64,000 nt of DNA, from positions 1-64,000 of the forward strand of contig CDROCS010006702.1 of NCBI GenBank assembly GCA_977020255.1. The letters are read 5' to 3'. The number at the start of each line of letters is the position of its first letter. Position 1 is the first letter of the stretch. A program made the position numbers and the translations under genes. The DNA comes from Obrimoposthia wandeli (taxonomy: Eukaryota). The notes beneath the pieces are model-generated. The model ran no database searches, was not told where the DNA came from, and saw nothing but the letters and a program-made list of their open reading frames with translations. This document shows, piece after piece, positions 49,605 to 59,034 of this stretch.

Positions 49605-50699
49605 TTACAAATCAAGTACACGGTTACGTTGACGTACGTATGCTTGATCAGATAGTTTAGCCCATGAACCAACACTGGTACGTGAAGCTACAAAGCTTTC
49701 ATGTATTCTATTTGCTAAATCACTGTGTGATTTAACTGTTTCAAATACTTCTTCAGCTGCTTCACCAAATGCATCATAAATGTCATCGTTGAACTCACGT
49801 ACTTTAACGCCTTGCTCATTCACTAACTTATCTAAGTACAAACCGTTTTTAGCGTTGTATTCAGCCATCATTACATCATTTTCCATAGATGACGCAGCTT
49901 CAATTATTAATTGATCTGCTTTAGATAGGCTCTTCCACCACTCATTATTCATGCCGATTGCAAGCATAGCGCCTGGCTCATGCATACCTGGGAAATAATA
50001 GTACTTAGCAGCTTCATAGAACTTCATGATGCTGTCATTCCAAGGACCAACCCATTCAGTTGCATCAATTGCACCAGAAACTAAGTTTTCATAAATTTGG
50101 CCTCCAGGTAATGATACTGGCGAACCACCAAGCTTAGCTAACACGTCGCCACCCAAACCAGGCATACGCATCTTCAGGCCTTTAAAGTCATCAACAGAGT
50201 TGATTTCTTTACGGAACCAACCGCCCATTTGAACACCAGTGTTACCACACATAAGGCCTTTAAGACCATATTCTCCAGATAACTCATCCCATAATTGCTG
50301 GCCGCCACCAAAGCGAATCCAAGCATTCATTTCAGTATAAGTTAAACCGAAAGGTACTGACGTGAAGTAAGCGAAACCAGGATGTTTACCTTTCCAGTAG
50401 TACTCTGCACCGTGGTACATTTGAGCATTACCTGAAGCAACTTCATCAAACGAGTCAAAAGCTTTAACTCTTTCGTTTGCTGCAAAGTAATTCACAACCA
50501 TGCGACCATCAGTCATATCAGTTAAACGTTGTGCAAAGCGCTGTGCACCAGTACCTAGACCTGGAAAATCTCTTCCCCAAGTAGCTACCATATTTATTTC
50601 CATACGCTCTTTAGCGATAGCCGGTGCTGAAATAGCAGTAGCAGCAGCAACGCCACCAATACCTGCTAAACCAGTTTTTAAAAGATCACGTCTTTTCAT
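49605..50699 (-). CDS. dctP: TRAP substrate-binding protein (TakP/2-oxoacid-binding type) with Tat signal
   Basis: MKRRDLLK twin-arginine leader; GNTGVQMGGWF, GLKMRMPGLGG, DATEWVGPWND. Confidence 0.9.
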   Translation of the reverse strand: MKRRDLLKTGLAGIGGVAAATAISAPAIAKERMEINMVATWGRDFPGLGTGAQRFAQRLTDMTDGRMVVNYFAANERVKAFDSFDEVASGNAQMYHGAEYYWKGKHPGFAYFTSVPFGLTYTEMNAWIRFGGGQQLWDELSGEYGLKGLMCGNTGVQMGGWFRKEINSVDDFKGLKMRMPGLGGDVLAKLGGSPVSLPGGQIYENLVSGAIDATEWVGPWNDSIMKFYEAAKYYYFPGMHEPGAMLAIGMNNEWWKSLSKADQLIIEAASSMENDVMMAEYNAKNGLYLDKLVNEQGVKVREFNDDIYDAFGEAAEEVFETVKSHSDLANRIHESFVASRTSVGSWAKLSDQAYVRQRNRVLDL

Positions 50700-51362
50700 G
50701 AAGCTAAACTCCTAATTATTATTGTTTACCCAATGGGTATTTTTTCTGCTAATGCATATTTTTCAGACACACATCATACTCTATAACGGCATCAGTACAG
50801 CAGAAATACTGTGCAGAGTAAATTAGTTTTTTAAATACACTTAGCAGTGTTTTTTATAACTGCCTAAATATCATTCAACCAAATACGTCAAAAGCAATGA
50901 GAATTCGTCGTATTGTGTCACGTAAGCGTTATTGTTGCCTTTTTACCAAAAAAATTCACCCCTTTTAAACTAGTACTTTAGTATTAGTCTGTCATAAATA
51001 TTTAACATTTATGCCTGGCTTGGTGCGCTTCAAAAGAAGCCATGTGATGGCAGAACTGTTACATAATAGAGCTACAAGTCTTTTTTAATTGAAGTTTTTT
51101 ATTTTTAGGTAAAAACGAGCTTGGCTTTGATATGTAACAGTACTCATCTATACACTGTGCCAGCTAACGCTGAAATATTTACTAAACAAATCAAACGCGC
51201 TGTTTATTGAGGGGATTAACAAGAAGTATCATGATAAAAATCAACCTCTTAATTAATCATACCTTTGTTGATATAAATCTATTAAGAGGTTGTTGAAAAA
51301 TATTCACCGTTGATCAATTACTGCAATAATCAACGGCATAGTTCAGTGTTTACAATTCCCTT

Positions 51363-52868
51363 TTAAGGAGATATAAAACTTGAGGCCTGTATCGCTATCA
51401 CCTTTTGCTGATCACTTGATCTAATAATAAAGTTAAATGCTTGGGCCCTGGTTGAAATATCATCTTCATTCATTCGTACCCTAACCACTAAGGTATCGAT
51501 CTCTCCAGGTTTTGCATAGACCTCTGAACTAGTCACCATAGTGAGTGCTGATGTGCTATCAACTTCTAATTCAAAATGCTCTGCTGAGGCCGATTTATTA
51601 TTAATTTTCACCGTGTACACGTTTTCTATAGCGCCCTCTACATATTGATATAGCACACCTGAACGATCGCGTATCACATCAATTGATAACGGATCTCGAA
51701 CAAGAATAGTATAAACAAATGCACAACAAGCGATGACACTGATTAACGTAAATAATAACGCTTTAGGCTTTTTGAGCAAAGCTGTTTTATTGTTAGGGTC
51801 ATTACTGGAACTAAATCGAATGAGGCCTTTTTCATAGCCCATTTTATCCATCACACTATCACAAGCATCGATGCATAACCCACAGTCAATGCAGGGGTAC
51901 TGCAAACCGTCTCTAATATCTATATCAACAGGACAAACTTGCACACAGAGAGAACAATCAACACAATCACCTAAACTCTTACTCTGCTCAGAAGTGTCAC
52001 CCTTTTTACGATGCCCTCTGTTTTCTCCTCGTACTGCATCATAAGCGACTACCAAGGTATCTTGTGTATACATTACCGCTTGAAACCTTGCGTAAGGGCA
52101 CATATGCAAACAAACTTTTTCTCTTAACCAGCCGGCATTAAGATAAGTTGCTACCGTAAAAAACAGCAGCCAAAATGCACCTAAATAGTGAACCGAAAAT
52201 GTAGCCGTATCATGTAATAAACTTTGAATCGGATAAAAATATCCAACAAAGGTATACGCTGTTATGAGAGAAATAATGGTCCATAAAATATGCTTGGCAC
52301 TTTTACGTAGCCATACAACATTGTCCCATTTTTTTTGATCTGTTTTAATGCGCTGATTACGATCACCCTCACACTTATCTTCTACCCACATAAACAAAAA
52401 TGTCCACACGGTTTGCGGGCAGGTAAAACCACACCAAGCTCTACCTACAACAAGCGTCGCGGCAACTAATAACAAAGTTGCTAACAACAATAAATAGACG
52501 AGATAAGCAGCATCGTGTGTCCAAAAAGTAGCAGTAAAAATGTGAAATTTTTGCTGTGCTAAATCAAAATAAACTGCAGGTCTATTATCAATTTCAAACC
52601 AAGGTAGTAAAACAAATAGTGCTAGTAATATATAGCTCATATTTTTACGTAGCTTTTGAAAATAGCCCTGCACTTTTTTGGTGTAGATTTTTCCTTTATA
52701 AATCGACGACCCTAGCGCTTTTGTATCAGCTTTTGATTTTACCTTAGCGCGCTCATACATCTGAACACTTGGCTTGCTTAGCGTTTGTGTTTCGCCTACC
52801 AGCGCAGCACTTTCTATCGTTTGGCTAGCTTGCGAATCTATCGTAGCTAACGGTATTTTTTCTGACAT
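51363..52868 (-). CDS. ccoG: CcoG/RdxA-family 4Fe-4S membrane protein
   Basis: GRAWCGFTCPQT, EKVCLHMCPYARFQ, CVDCSLCVQVCP and CIDCGLCIDAC clusters, C-terminal Ig-like domain. Confidence 0.9.
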   Translation of the reverse strand: MSEKIPLATIDSQASQTIESAALVGETQTLSKPSVQMYERAKVKSKADTKALGSSIYKGKIYTKKVQGYFQKLRKNMSYILLALFVLLPWFEIDNRPAVYFDLAQQKFHIFTATFWTHDAAYLVYLLLLATLLLVAATLVVGRAWCGFTCPQTVWTFLFMWVEDKCEGDRNQRIKTDQKKWDNVVWLRKSAKHILWTIISLITAYTFVGYFYPIQSLLHDTATFSVHYLGAFWLLFFTVATYLNAGWLREKVCLHMCPYARFQAVMYTQDTLVVAYDAVRGENRGHRKKGDTSEQSKSLGDCVDCSLCVQVCPVDIDIRDGLQYPCIDCGLCIDACDSVMDKMGYEKGLIRFSSSNDPNNKTALLKKPKALLFTLISVIACCAFVYTILVRDPLSIDVIRDRSGVLYQYVEGAIENVYTVKINNKSASAEHFELEVDSTSALTMVTSSEVYAKPGEIDTLVVRVRMNEDDISTRAQAFNFIIRSSDQQKVIAIQASSFISP

Positions 52869-52912
52869 AGTGATCCGGTGCTCTTTGCTCGCTACTTAAT
52901 AAAGTACTTAAC

Positions 52913-53075
52913 TAGTGTCCATCCATAAACGGGGCCGTCACGAGAGCGATTCAATGATTAGAGATGGGGGCTACTAGATATGGGCGTTTGGTTATTCCAA
53001 ACAACTAGATCTAGTCGTGCTCAGATCGGATCAGTGAAGCGTTCGCAGTAGGCATCTGTTTGTGGATGGGCACTA
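52913..53075. mobile_element. 163-bp MITE with terminal inverted repeats and TA flanks (long form)
   Basis: Left TAGTGTCCATCCATAAAC versus reverse complement of right end TAGTGCCCATCCACAAAC (16/18); no ORF; homologous to 39976-40036. Confidence 0.8.
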
Positions 53076-53163
53076 ACTACATCCAATTATTGTTAAAATA
53101 ATCTTTGAAGGCCTTTTAAAGTAATCATAATTAATATCACACACATTCTAATCTTATTAAATC

Positions 53164-53254
53164 ATAGGTACAGACACACAAAAAACTATATTTTAGTGCA
53201 CAGACAGGCAATACTAGCTCCTGTCCTTGCCTTTTTTAATTAATCTGTACCTAT
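53164..53254. promoter_or_regulatory. Candidate operator for the MocR regulator
   Basis: Perfect 11-bp inverted repeat ATAGGTACAGA (53164-53174) / TCTGTACCTAT (53244-53254), plus direct-repeat ACAGAC at 53170 and 53200. Confidence 0.55.
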
Positions 53255-53273
53255 AAACCGTGACTAATGACTA

Positions 53274-54692
53274 ATGACTAAGTACTTATACCTAAAGCTA
53301 GAAGAACAGCTGCGCGAACAAATTCGTACTGGTCAATTAAGTGTGGGTCACAAACTACCATCGATACGCGATGTGTGCAAAATCCACCACATTTCAAAAT
53401 CAACAGTATTGACTGCTTTTGCACGTTTAGAAGCCGAAGGTTTGATAGAAGCTAGAGCAAAATCTGGCTATTACGTATGCCAGAAAAAGAACACTAACCT
53501 CACACAACTCAAGAAAACACCACCGAGCAAGCCTAATACTGAGCCTCAGTTAATCTCTAGTACTCACGTTATTTTAGATATTATGAATAGAGGCGCGGCT
53601 TTTGATTTAATTGCCAACAGCAAAGAAGACCCGTACAACGAACCATTAAGACGTAGCTTGTCTCGAGCACTACGCCAACAAAATAGCGTTGAACAATTAT
53701 ATTACGATAAACCTCAAGGAATATTACATTTAAGAGAACAGCTGGCAAACTGTGTTAATCAAGGAGCAGGAGATACCTCTGCCAATGATGTCATTATAAC
53801 CAATGGGTGTCAGCATGCGATGATGCTTGCCTTGATGGCAACAACTAATCAAAACGATGTCGTCGCTATTGAATCCCCTTGCTTTTTTGGCGCCATACAA
53901 TTACTTGAAGCACTTGGGCGCAAGGTAATTGAAATCCCCAGTAGTGCTGATACAGGCATAAGTTTAGATGCGCTTAAATTGGCCGTTAGCCACTGGGATA
54001 TCAAAGCCATAATGGTATCACCCAGCTTTTCAACGCCTACAGGCGCCAGTATGCCTGAAGCTCACAAGCAGCAATTAGTAAAGCTAGCGCAAGCACACTA
54101 TTTTTGCATTATTGAAGATGACATATATGCAGAACTGCATTTTGATACCAAACGCGCACGAACTGTTTATTCATACGATGACAGCGGTTGTGTGATTTTA
54201 TGCTCTTCTTTATCAAAAACCTTATCCAGAGATCTTCGCATTGGCTGGATAGTTTCAAAAAAATACCACCAGCATATTTTGTCTTTAAAAGTTGCTACCA
54301 CAATGGCCAGCAGTATCAGCCACCAGCTAGGTGTCGCCTATTTTATTGAAGAAGGTAGTTTAGATAAACACCTAAAACTTAGGCGTCAGCAATTACGTTT
54401 TCAAAAGAAGCAATTAGAACAATTAATTCTTCAGCATTTACCTATGATTCTCAGTGCCAGTCAGCCTAAAGGCGGCATGACAATGTGGATTGAGTTACCT
54501 TCGCAAGTAAACACGTTAGAGCTGTATCATCAAGCGCGAAAAGAAAAACTGACAATAACTCCCGGCAGTTTATTTAGTGCACAAGATACCTACCAACATT
54601 ATATTCGTTTGAGCTATGCGCACCCATGGACTCAAGAGCGCCAACTCGCATTGCAAAAACTCGCGCAATTGATAGATCAACAAATTTCTTAA
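53274..54692 (+). CDS. MocR-family (YdcR-like) regulator
   Basis: KLPSIRDV...STVLTAFARLEAEG HTH; IITNGCQHA, IEDDIYAEL, SSLSKT. Confidence 0.92.
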   Translation: MTKYLYLKLEEQLREQIRTGQLSVGHKLPSIRDVCKIHHISKSTVLTAFARLEAEGLIEARAKSGYYVCQKKNTNLTQLKKTPPSKPNTEPQLISSTHVILDIMNRGAAFDLIANSKEDPYNEPLRRSLSRALRQQNSVEQLYYDKPQGILHLREQLANCVNQGAGDTSANDVIITNGCQHAMMLALMATTNQNDVVAIESPCFFGAIQLLEALGRKVIEIPSSADTGISLDALKLAVSHWDIKAIMVSPSFSTPTGASMPEAHKQQLVKLAQAHYFCIIEDDIYAELHFDTKRARTVYSYDDSGCVILCSSLSKTLSRDLRIGWIVSKKYHQHILSLKVATTMASSISHQLGVAYFIEEGSLDKHLKLRRQQLRFQKKQLEQLILQHLPMILSASQPKGGMTMWIELPSQVNTLELYHQARKEKLTITPGSLFSAQDTYQHYIRLSYAHPWTQERQLALQKLAQLIDQQIS

Positions 54693-55082
54693 CGATACTA
54701 CTTTGTAAATAGCAGTTCCCTCATCTCTTAATAGCGATTTTTATTAGCTCTTTTTACGTTCATTTCTCTTTTTCCGATTTTCTTACATTAATACTCAAAA
54801 ACATATTAGCAACCATTAAGAGACGCTATATAATTTTATTTATTTTGCCTTAATTTATTAATGTATCCATTAAGAAACAATTATTATTTAAACGCTTAAA
54901 TTCAAACCAATTCTATAATAAAAACCATTTAAATCAATTATTTAAATATCAAATTCAAACAAACTAGGAATATTAATTAAACATTAACAAATATTAATTA
55001 ACGCTTGCCTTTGTTCAGCTTAAACTTATACTTTGTTCACGTTTCATTCATAAACAAAGTAAGCAATAAGCCAAGGAGCATT

Positions 55083-55865
55083 ATGTTAAATTTTTTAAAA
55101 GTGACTGCGCTAATCAGTAGCCTCTTAATTGCTTTAACAGCTCACGCAAAATCGAATGATTGGCAAAACCCAGCTTACATATCTAACAGCTTTATTGAAG
55201 TGGCTTTAGGTAACGAATACGGTAAAGGCGATCTGCGCATTCGTAAATGGGTTAAAGCGATCAAAATATTTGTACAGCACGATGTGGGTGACAAGCAATT
55301 ACAAGATCAATTAGTCGATGCGCATATTCAACATTTAAGTAACATTACCCAATTAAAAATTCAGCGTGTCAGCAACATTAAGCAAGCTAATCTTAAATTC
55401 TTTTTTACTGATCAAAAAAGCATGAAGCGTTTATCAGATAAACATTCGGGTAAAAGCGTAGCGCGCGTAAATACGACAAAAACTTGTATCGCAAATATCA
55501 AGCTAAATGCAAAAGCAGAAGTAAACAGTGCCCAAATCTACATCCCTGTAGATTTCGCTTACCAAAATGGCAGCCTTGTTGGCTGTATCGTTGAAGAGCT
55601 GACCCAAGTGTTAGGTCTACCTCGTGATTCAGATAAGGTTTTCCCTTCTATTTTTAACGACAAATCAACTGACCAATTATTAACAGGTTTAGATGAGACG
55701 CTAATACGCATTTTATATAACCCTAAGGTCAAAGCAGGGATGAGAAAGAACGCACTAGCGCGTGTTTTAAAACCCATTATTAACCGTTTAAACGCTAAAG
55801 GCATGATTTCAACAGCAAACCTAAGAGTGAGAAAAACACAACTCTACGCTATGCTCGGTTATTAA
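55083..55865 (+). CDS. DUF2927-family exported protein (zincin-like)
   Basis: AGGAG RBS before ATG 55083, signal peptide; IRKWVKAIKI, CIVEELTQVLGLPRDS, PSIFND, LTGLD motifs. Confidence 0.75.
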   Translation: MLNFLKVTALISSLLIALTAHAKSNDWQNPAYISNSFIEVALGNEYGKGDLRIRKWVKAIKIFVQHDVGDKQLQDQLVDAHIQHLSNITQLKIQRVSNIKQANLKFFFTDQKSMKRLSDKHSGKSVARVNTTKTCIANIKLNAKAEVNSAQIYIPVDFAYQNGSLVGCIVEELTQVLGLPRDSDKVFPSIFNDKSTDQLLTGLDETLIRILYNPKVKAGMRKNALARVLKPIINRLNAKGMISTANLRVRKTQLYAMLGY

Positions 55866-55916
55866 TTTTAGCTTTAGATTAAGACTAATATCCACTCGAT
55901 TATTATACATTACTCC

Positions 55917-56309
55917 GTAAGCGTCTAACCAACCACATGCTATCCAGCTCGCAGCCACCTCCATTACACTAACTTCTTTATTTAAAGAGTAGTGAAAACT
56001 TCACGATAGATCAGCGCTATGAGATAAGGCAAAAGCAATCCAAAGAGATACTGAGTCAGTTGCGCAAGTGGCTCGATAAAGCGATTGCTAATACTCCTCC
56101 TAAAACAGCAATCGGTAAAGCAGTGCAGTATTTACAGAGTCAATGGTTTCAATTAACAGGCTATGTTGAGATTGGAGAATACCCAATGGATTAGAGCCGT
56201 ATGCGTACCTTAAACTGCTATTTACAGAGCAGCCTTTAGCTGAAACGATGGAAGACATCGATCAGCTTCTTCCTTGGAGATGCAAGGGTGTAGTTGGTTA
56301 GGCGCTTAC
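55917..56309 (+). mobile_element. Internally deleted IS66-family element (left, 393 bp)
   Basis: TIRs GTAAGCGTCTAACCAACCACA / TGTAGTTGGTTAGGCGCTTAC; TnpC fragments QRYEIRQKQSK...KTAIGKAVQYL...EYPMD and NGLEPYAYL...DQLLPW. Confidence 0.9.
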
Positions 56310-56383
56310 GGTTCATTCATACATAGTAGTGATAAACAGAGCATGCCGACAGCGTTCAAACCGACAAGCTCCACCAAGCTGGG

Positions 56384-57412
56384 TTAAGGGGTAGTATAGT
56401 TGCGAGCAATCTTACGCAGCTCTTTCAACGCTCCTGCTGCATCAACATTTCGACCGGCTACACGCTTAAGATATTCTTCATCCATACCTTTAATCAGGGT
56501 CTGGAATTCAATATCGATAGGGTCACCCGGCTTAACCTCAAGGATAGAAACGCCAGCTTCTTTCGCAATTTTCAGACCTTCGGTGTCGCCTGCATCCCAA
56601 GCCCGACCGGCCAGAGCTGAGAGTTTCTCGCCGGAAACAGCCATAATAGCTTTCTGGTCAACTGGGCTCAGGCCAGACATAAAGTCCGGGTTAAGAAATA
56701 TTGAGAAGCTCATGGTATACATACCACCTGGCAACAGCACCAGCTGTTTGGTGACCTCTTTGAGGCGCAAAGTTTTTTGCTCACCGGCAGGAATAAAAAC
56801 GCCGTCTACTACCCGTTGCTGCATCATCTCATACACTTTAGTTGCTGGTGCCCCAACCGGAGTGACCCCCATGCGCTCACCTAACTCAGACTGGATGCCG
56901 CCACCCAGGCGGATCTTACGGCCTTTCAAATCCGCCAGGGAGCTGATAGGTTCAGCCAGATGAATCTGGCCCGGGCCATGGGTAAACAATGCCGCCAGAG
57001 TCAGACCATCATGCTCATTTGCTTGCTTGTAGTATTTATTGCTTACCCGCCACAGAGCAACCGATGCCGCTTCTGCACTGGCATTCAGATTAGGCAGCTC
57101 TGCCGATTCGGTGAGTTTAAAACGCCCTGGGATATAGCCGTGCACACTCCAACTGGCATCGACCACGCCGTCTTCAACCAGCTCGAACATGGTTTTCGGA
57201 TGCCCCATACCGTATTCAATGACCATTTTCACCCGGCCATCGGTGGCTTCATCTATCCATTTCCCCCAAGTATCGAGCACAACTGCGTTCTGAGGATGGG
57301 TTGGCGGAAGCCAGCTGGCAACCCGCATCTTAGTTTCAGCCAAAGCGCTGTTCGATAAAGCCACACCCAATGCAAGGCAGGCTAGTGGTTTGAAAAGAGT
57401 TTTCAATTTCAT
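56384..57412 (-). CDS. dctP: TRAP substrate-binding protein (orphan; cargo of the composite element)
   Basis: Sec signal peptide; MRVASWLPPTHP, FTHGPG, DLKGRKIR, VVDG; about 57% GC in a 60-nt spot count. Confidence 0.9.
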   Translation of the reverse strand: MKLKTLFKPLACLALGVALSNSALAETKMRVASWLPPTHPQNAVVLDTWGKWIDEATDGRVKMVIEYGMGHPKTMFELVEDGVVDASWSVHGYIPGRFKLTESAELPNLNASAEAASVALWRVSNKYYKQANEHDGLTLAALFTHGPGQIHLAEPISSLADLKGRKIRLGGGIQSELGERMGVTPVGAPATKVYEMMQQRVVDGVFIPAGEQKTLRLKEVTKQLVLLPGGMYTMSFSIFLNPDFMSGLSPVDQKAIMAVSGEKLSALAGRAWDAGDTEGLKIAKEAGVSILEVKPGDPIDIEFQTLIKGMDEEYLKRVAGRNVDAAGALKELRKIARNYTTP

Positions 57413-57853
57413 AATAAGGACCTTCTTTTGATTATTATGCCTTATATAAGGCTTTGGTTTCGGTAATTAAAGGGATTAGTTTAGGCTTGCTTACGGTGGC
57501 GTGATCGCAGTTATTTCTAGGTAAAAAGCAACTCACACCACTGCAATCATGATTTTGAATAAATAAAAATATATATTGATTATGACATCCCATACTTAAA
57601 CCTAGAATTAGCAGTTGGATTCCTTTTTAGGGGTTGATAAATTTTGTTGTAAGTAGGCGCATATTGCAGTAAATGTTTGTTCTCTTTAAAAAATATGTAA
57701 TGCCCCTACAACGAAATTTATCAAGTATAAAAGGGAATAGCTCACTCAACGAGTGAGGTGTCGACGAATACTTTATTAAGTGTTCAACTGTTGACTCTAG
57801 ATTAAAAGAGACGCGATATTGAACATAATATAATAATATGGAATAGGCGTTTT

Positions 57854-58825
57854 TTAGCGTTTTGAAATACCATTACGCCCAGGGAAATCTGCAGCCAGCT
57901 CTCTAGCATTTGGCATCTTCAGCCATAATCTATACAAATGTCGTCTGCGTTCAAGCTCGTCGTAATCTTCGAAACTGGTGCGGGAATGGAAGATGGCATA
58001 GTTATTTGCGAATTGGATATCACCGGGTTCCATCATCATATCTAAACGAATATCTAGATTATTTAAAATCGAATCAATAAGGTCTAAAGCTTCAACTTCT
58101 ACATTCGATAACGGCAAGCCAGCATTTTCCTGGGCTATCTCTATATATTGGCGCAAATATCGAGCGCTTAGCTTACCCTTGTGATGACTAAAAATTGGTG
58201 TTAAGCCAACGTCACCATCATTAAGATGCTCTAACAGAAAAAGGCGGTGAAGAAGCCCTAGATACTCTGGGTGTTTTTCCAGGATTTCATTATAGAGCGT
58301 CATCGCACTTGAAAGGCTGCTCATACCTCCTGACTTCGCTTTACGTAGACAAAGTAAACCAACAACATCCGACAAATCGGCGTGATAAGGCAGATATTCA
58401 TTCGTCTCATACACACGAACGTGCTTTGTATCTATTGCCTCAATATTTTTCACATCCCCTAACATGTCGCCTTTTAAGTTTTGAGAAACCGGAGTACCCA
58501 TATGAAGGCCTAGACCGTAGTAAATAATGGCTGCTTCAGCATCCGAATATCGTTCAATTGGCAAGCCGCGAATGACTATGAAACCCTTACCATTTTCCAG
58601 CTCTTCATTAAAGTAACTGATCTCTTCTGAGAGTTGAGTAATTGGGAAGTCTTCTTTAGTAAAATTGGGGACTTGTAGCCCTTTTTGCTTGATGTTTTCT
58701 AAAGCTTTTTCGAGAACGTTAATTGATTCATCAGACCAATGATAAATCCATGAACCATCATCCTTTATATCCTTTCCTTTCCATGCTGATGGACCTTCAA
58801 TTTTTTCTTTAAGAATGACGCTCAT
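57854..58825 (-). CDS. TauD/TfdA-family Fe(II)/2-oxoglutarate dioxygenase (cargo)
   Basis: HxD motif in PYHADLSDVVGLLC, GDIQFANN...HSRTSF, RHLYRLWL. Confidence 0.88.
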   Translation of the reverse strand: MSVILKEKIEGPSAWKGKDIKDDGSWIYHWSDESINVLEKALENIKQKGLQVPNFTKEDFPITQLSEEISYFNEELENGKGFIVIRGLPIERYSDAEAAIIYYGLGLHMGTPVSQNLKGDMLGDVKNIEAIDTKHVRVYETNEYLPYHADLSDVVGLLCLRKAKSGGMSSLSSAMTLYNEILEKHPEYLGLLHRLFLLEHLNDGDVGLTPIFSHHKGKLSARYLRQYIEIAQENAGLPLSNVEVEALDLIDSILNNLDIRLDMMMEPGDIQFANNYAIFHSRTSFEDYDELERRRHLYRLWLKMPNARELAADFPGRNGISKR

Positions 58826-58980
58826 TATCTATTCCTCTAAAAAGCCATATTGTTATTATTTTATGCTGCCTACAAAGGCTGGTGACTCAACCAACAGGGC
58901 CGTATCAAGCCAGATGAGAAGCTACTTATATTATTATAATTGTGATTTCCTATTAAAAAAAATACATAATAAATATAGCT

Positions 58981-59003
58981 AGCCATATAAAAAAAGTATG
59001 GCT
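58981..59003. promoter_or_regulatory. Candidate LysR recognition site (T-N11-A palindrome)
   Basis: AGCCATA-N9-TATGGCT between the divergent dioxygenase and LysR genes. Confidence 0.55.
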
Positions 59004-59034
59004 TGGACTTTAGTGTCGTTATGGGAGCGCGAAG

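Noticed and set aside
56400-57358. 187-aa and 132-aa plus-strand ORFs
   Set aside because: Antisense to dctP; long open shadows are expected in GC-richer DNA.
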